Source of the DNA: Eledone cirrhosa
Lineage: Eukaryota
Assembly: GCA_964016885.1 (NCBI GenBank)
Contig: OZ024742.1
Location: 361,150,001-361,214,000, forward strand
Reading direction: 5' to 3'
DNA length: 64,000 nucleotides
Shown: one piece after another, positions 63,450 through 64,000 of the stretch
Numbering within the stretch: position 1 is the stretch's first letter
Layout of the letters: each line of letters begins with the position of its first letter
Notes under the pieces: model-generated
Databases searched by the model: none
The model's input: the letters and a program-made list of their open reading frames with translations, nothing else
Told to the model about the DNA's origin: nothing
Translations under genes and position numbers: made by a program

Positions 63450-64000
63450 GCCATCATCATCGTTGTCATGGCGCTTATTGCACCCTCACCATCATGGTGC
63501 CATCATCATCACTATGATGGTATTATCACCATCATGGTACTATCACCATCACCATACCATCACCATCACGGTACCATCACCATCACGGTACCATCACTAT
63601 CACAGTCCCATCAGTATCATGGTATCACCATCATCACCATAACAGTCCAATCACCATCACAGTACCATCACTGTCACTGTCCCATCACCATCACTATCAT
63701 GGTATTATCATCATCACCATAACAGTCTAATCACCATCACAGTACCATCACCATCACTGCTCCATCACCATCACCATCACTGTCCCATCACCATCACTAT
63801 CATGGTATTATCATGATCACCATAACAGTCCCATCACCATCATGGTACCATCACCATCACTATCATAGTCCCATCACCATCATGGTACCATCATCATCAC
63901 TATCATAGTTCCATCACAGTCCCATCACTATCACAGTCCCATCACCATCACAGTCCCATCACCATCATGGTACCATCACCATCCCATCATGATCACCATC
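63450..64000. repeat. CCATCA-rich low-complexity/minisatellite array, continues past the right edge
   Basis: Recurrent CCATCACCATCA, CAGTCCCATCAC and CATGGTA units. Confidence 0.9.

Overview
Eukaryotic, gene-poor and repeat-dominated window. The SINE, RTE and microsatellite content suggests an invertebrate, probably a coleoid cephalopod (inference). No host protein-coding exon could be supported. Layout: (1) 1-~21.9 kb is a 22-bp G/T-rich satellite (TATTAGGATGATAGAGTGG[T/G]GA) built from at least three layers of kb-scale higher-order repeats. (2) ~21.9-33.7 kb is a ~2.9-kb GAT-rich macro-repeat in three copies, two carrying RTE-clade LINE insertions with 7-bp TSDs. (3) ~35.5-64 kb is a nest of RTE LINEs, RTE-tailed SINEs, a decayed DD37D-like Tc1/mariner transposase, a CR1-type 3' end, a non-autonomous Helitron and several Penelope-like (PLE) remnants in (TA)n tracts. 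Three observations stand out: the RTE ORF carries a C4HC3 PHD-type zinc finger inserted inside the reverse-transcriptase domain; an inverted 161-bp repeat pair at 61.5-62.4 kb carries apparently intact type I hammerhead ribozymes; and a 111-bp palindrome at 62.6 kb folds back exactly at hammerhead stem II.
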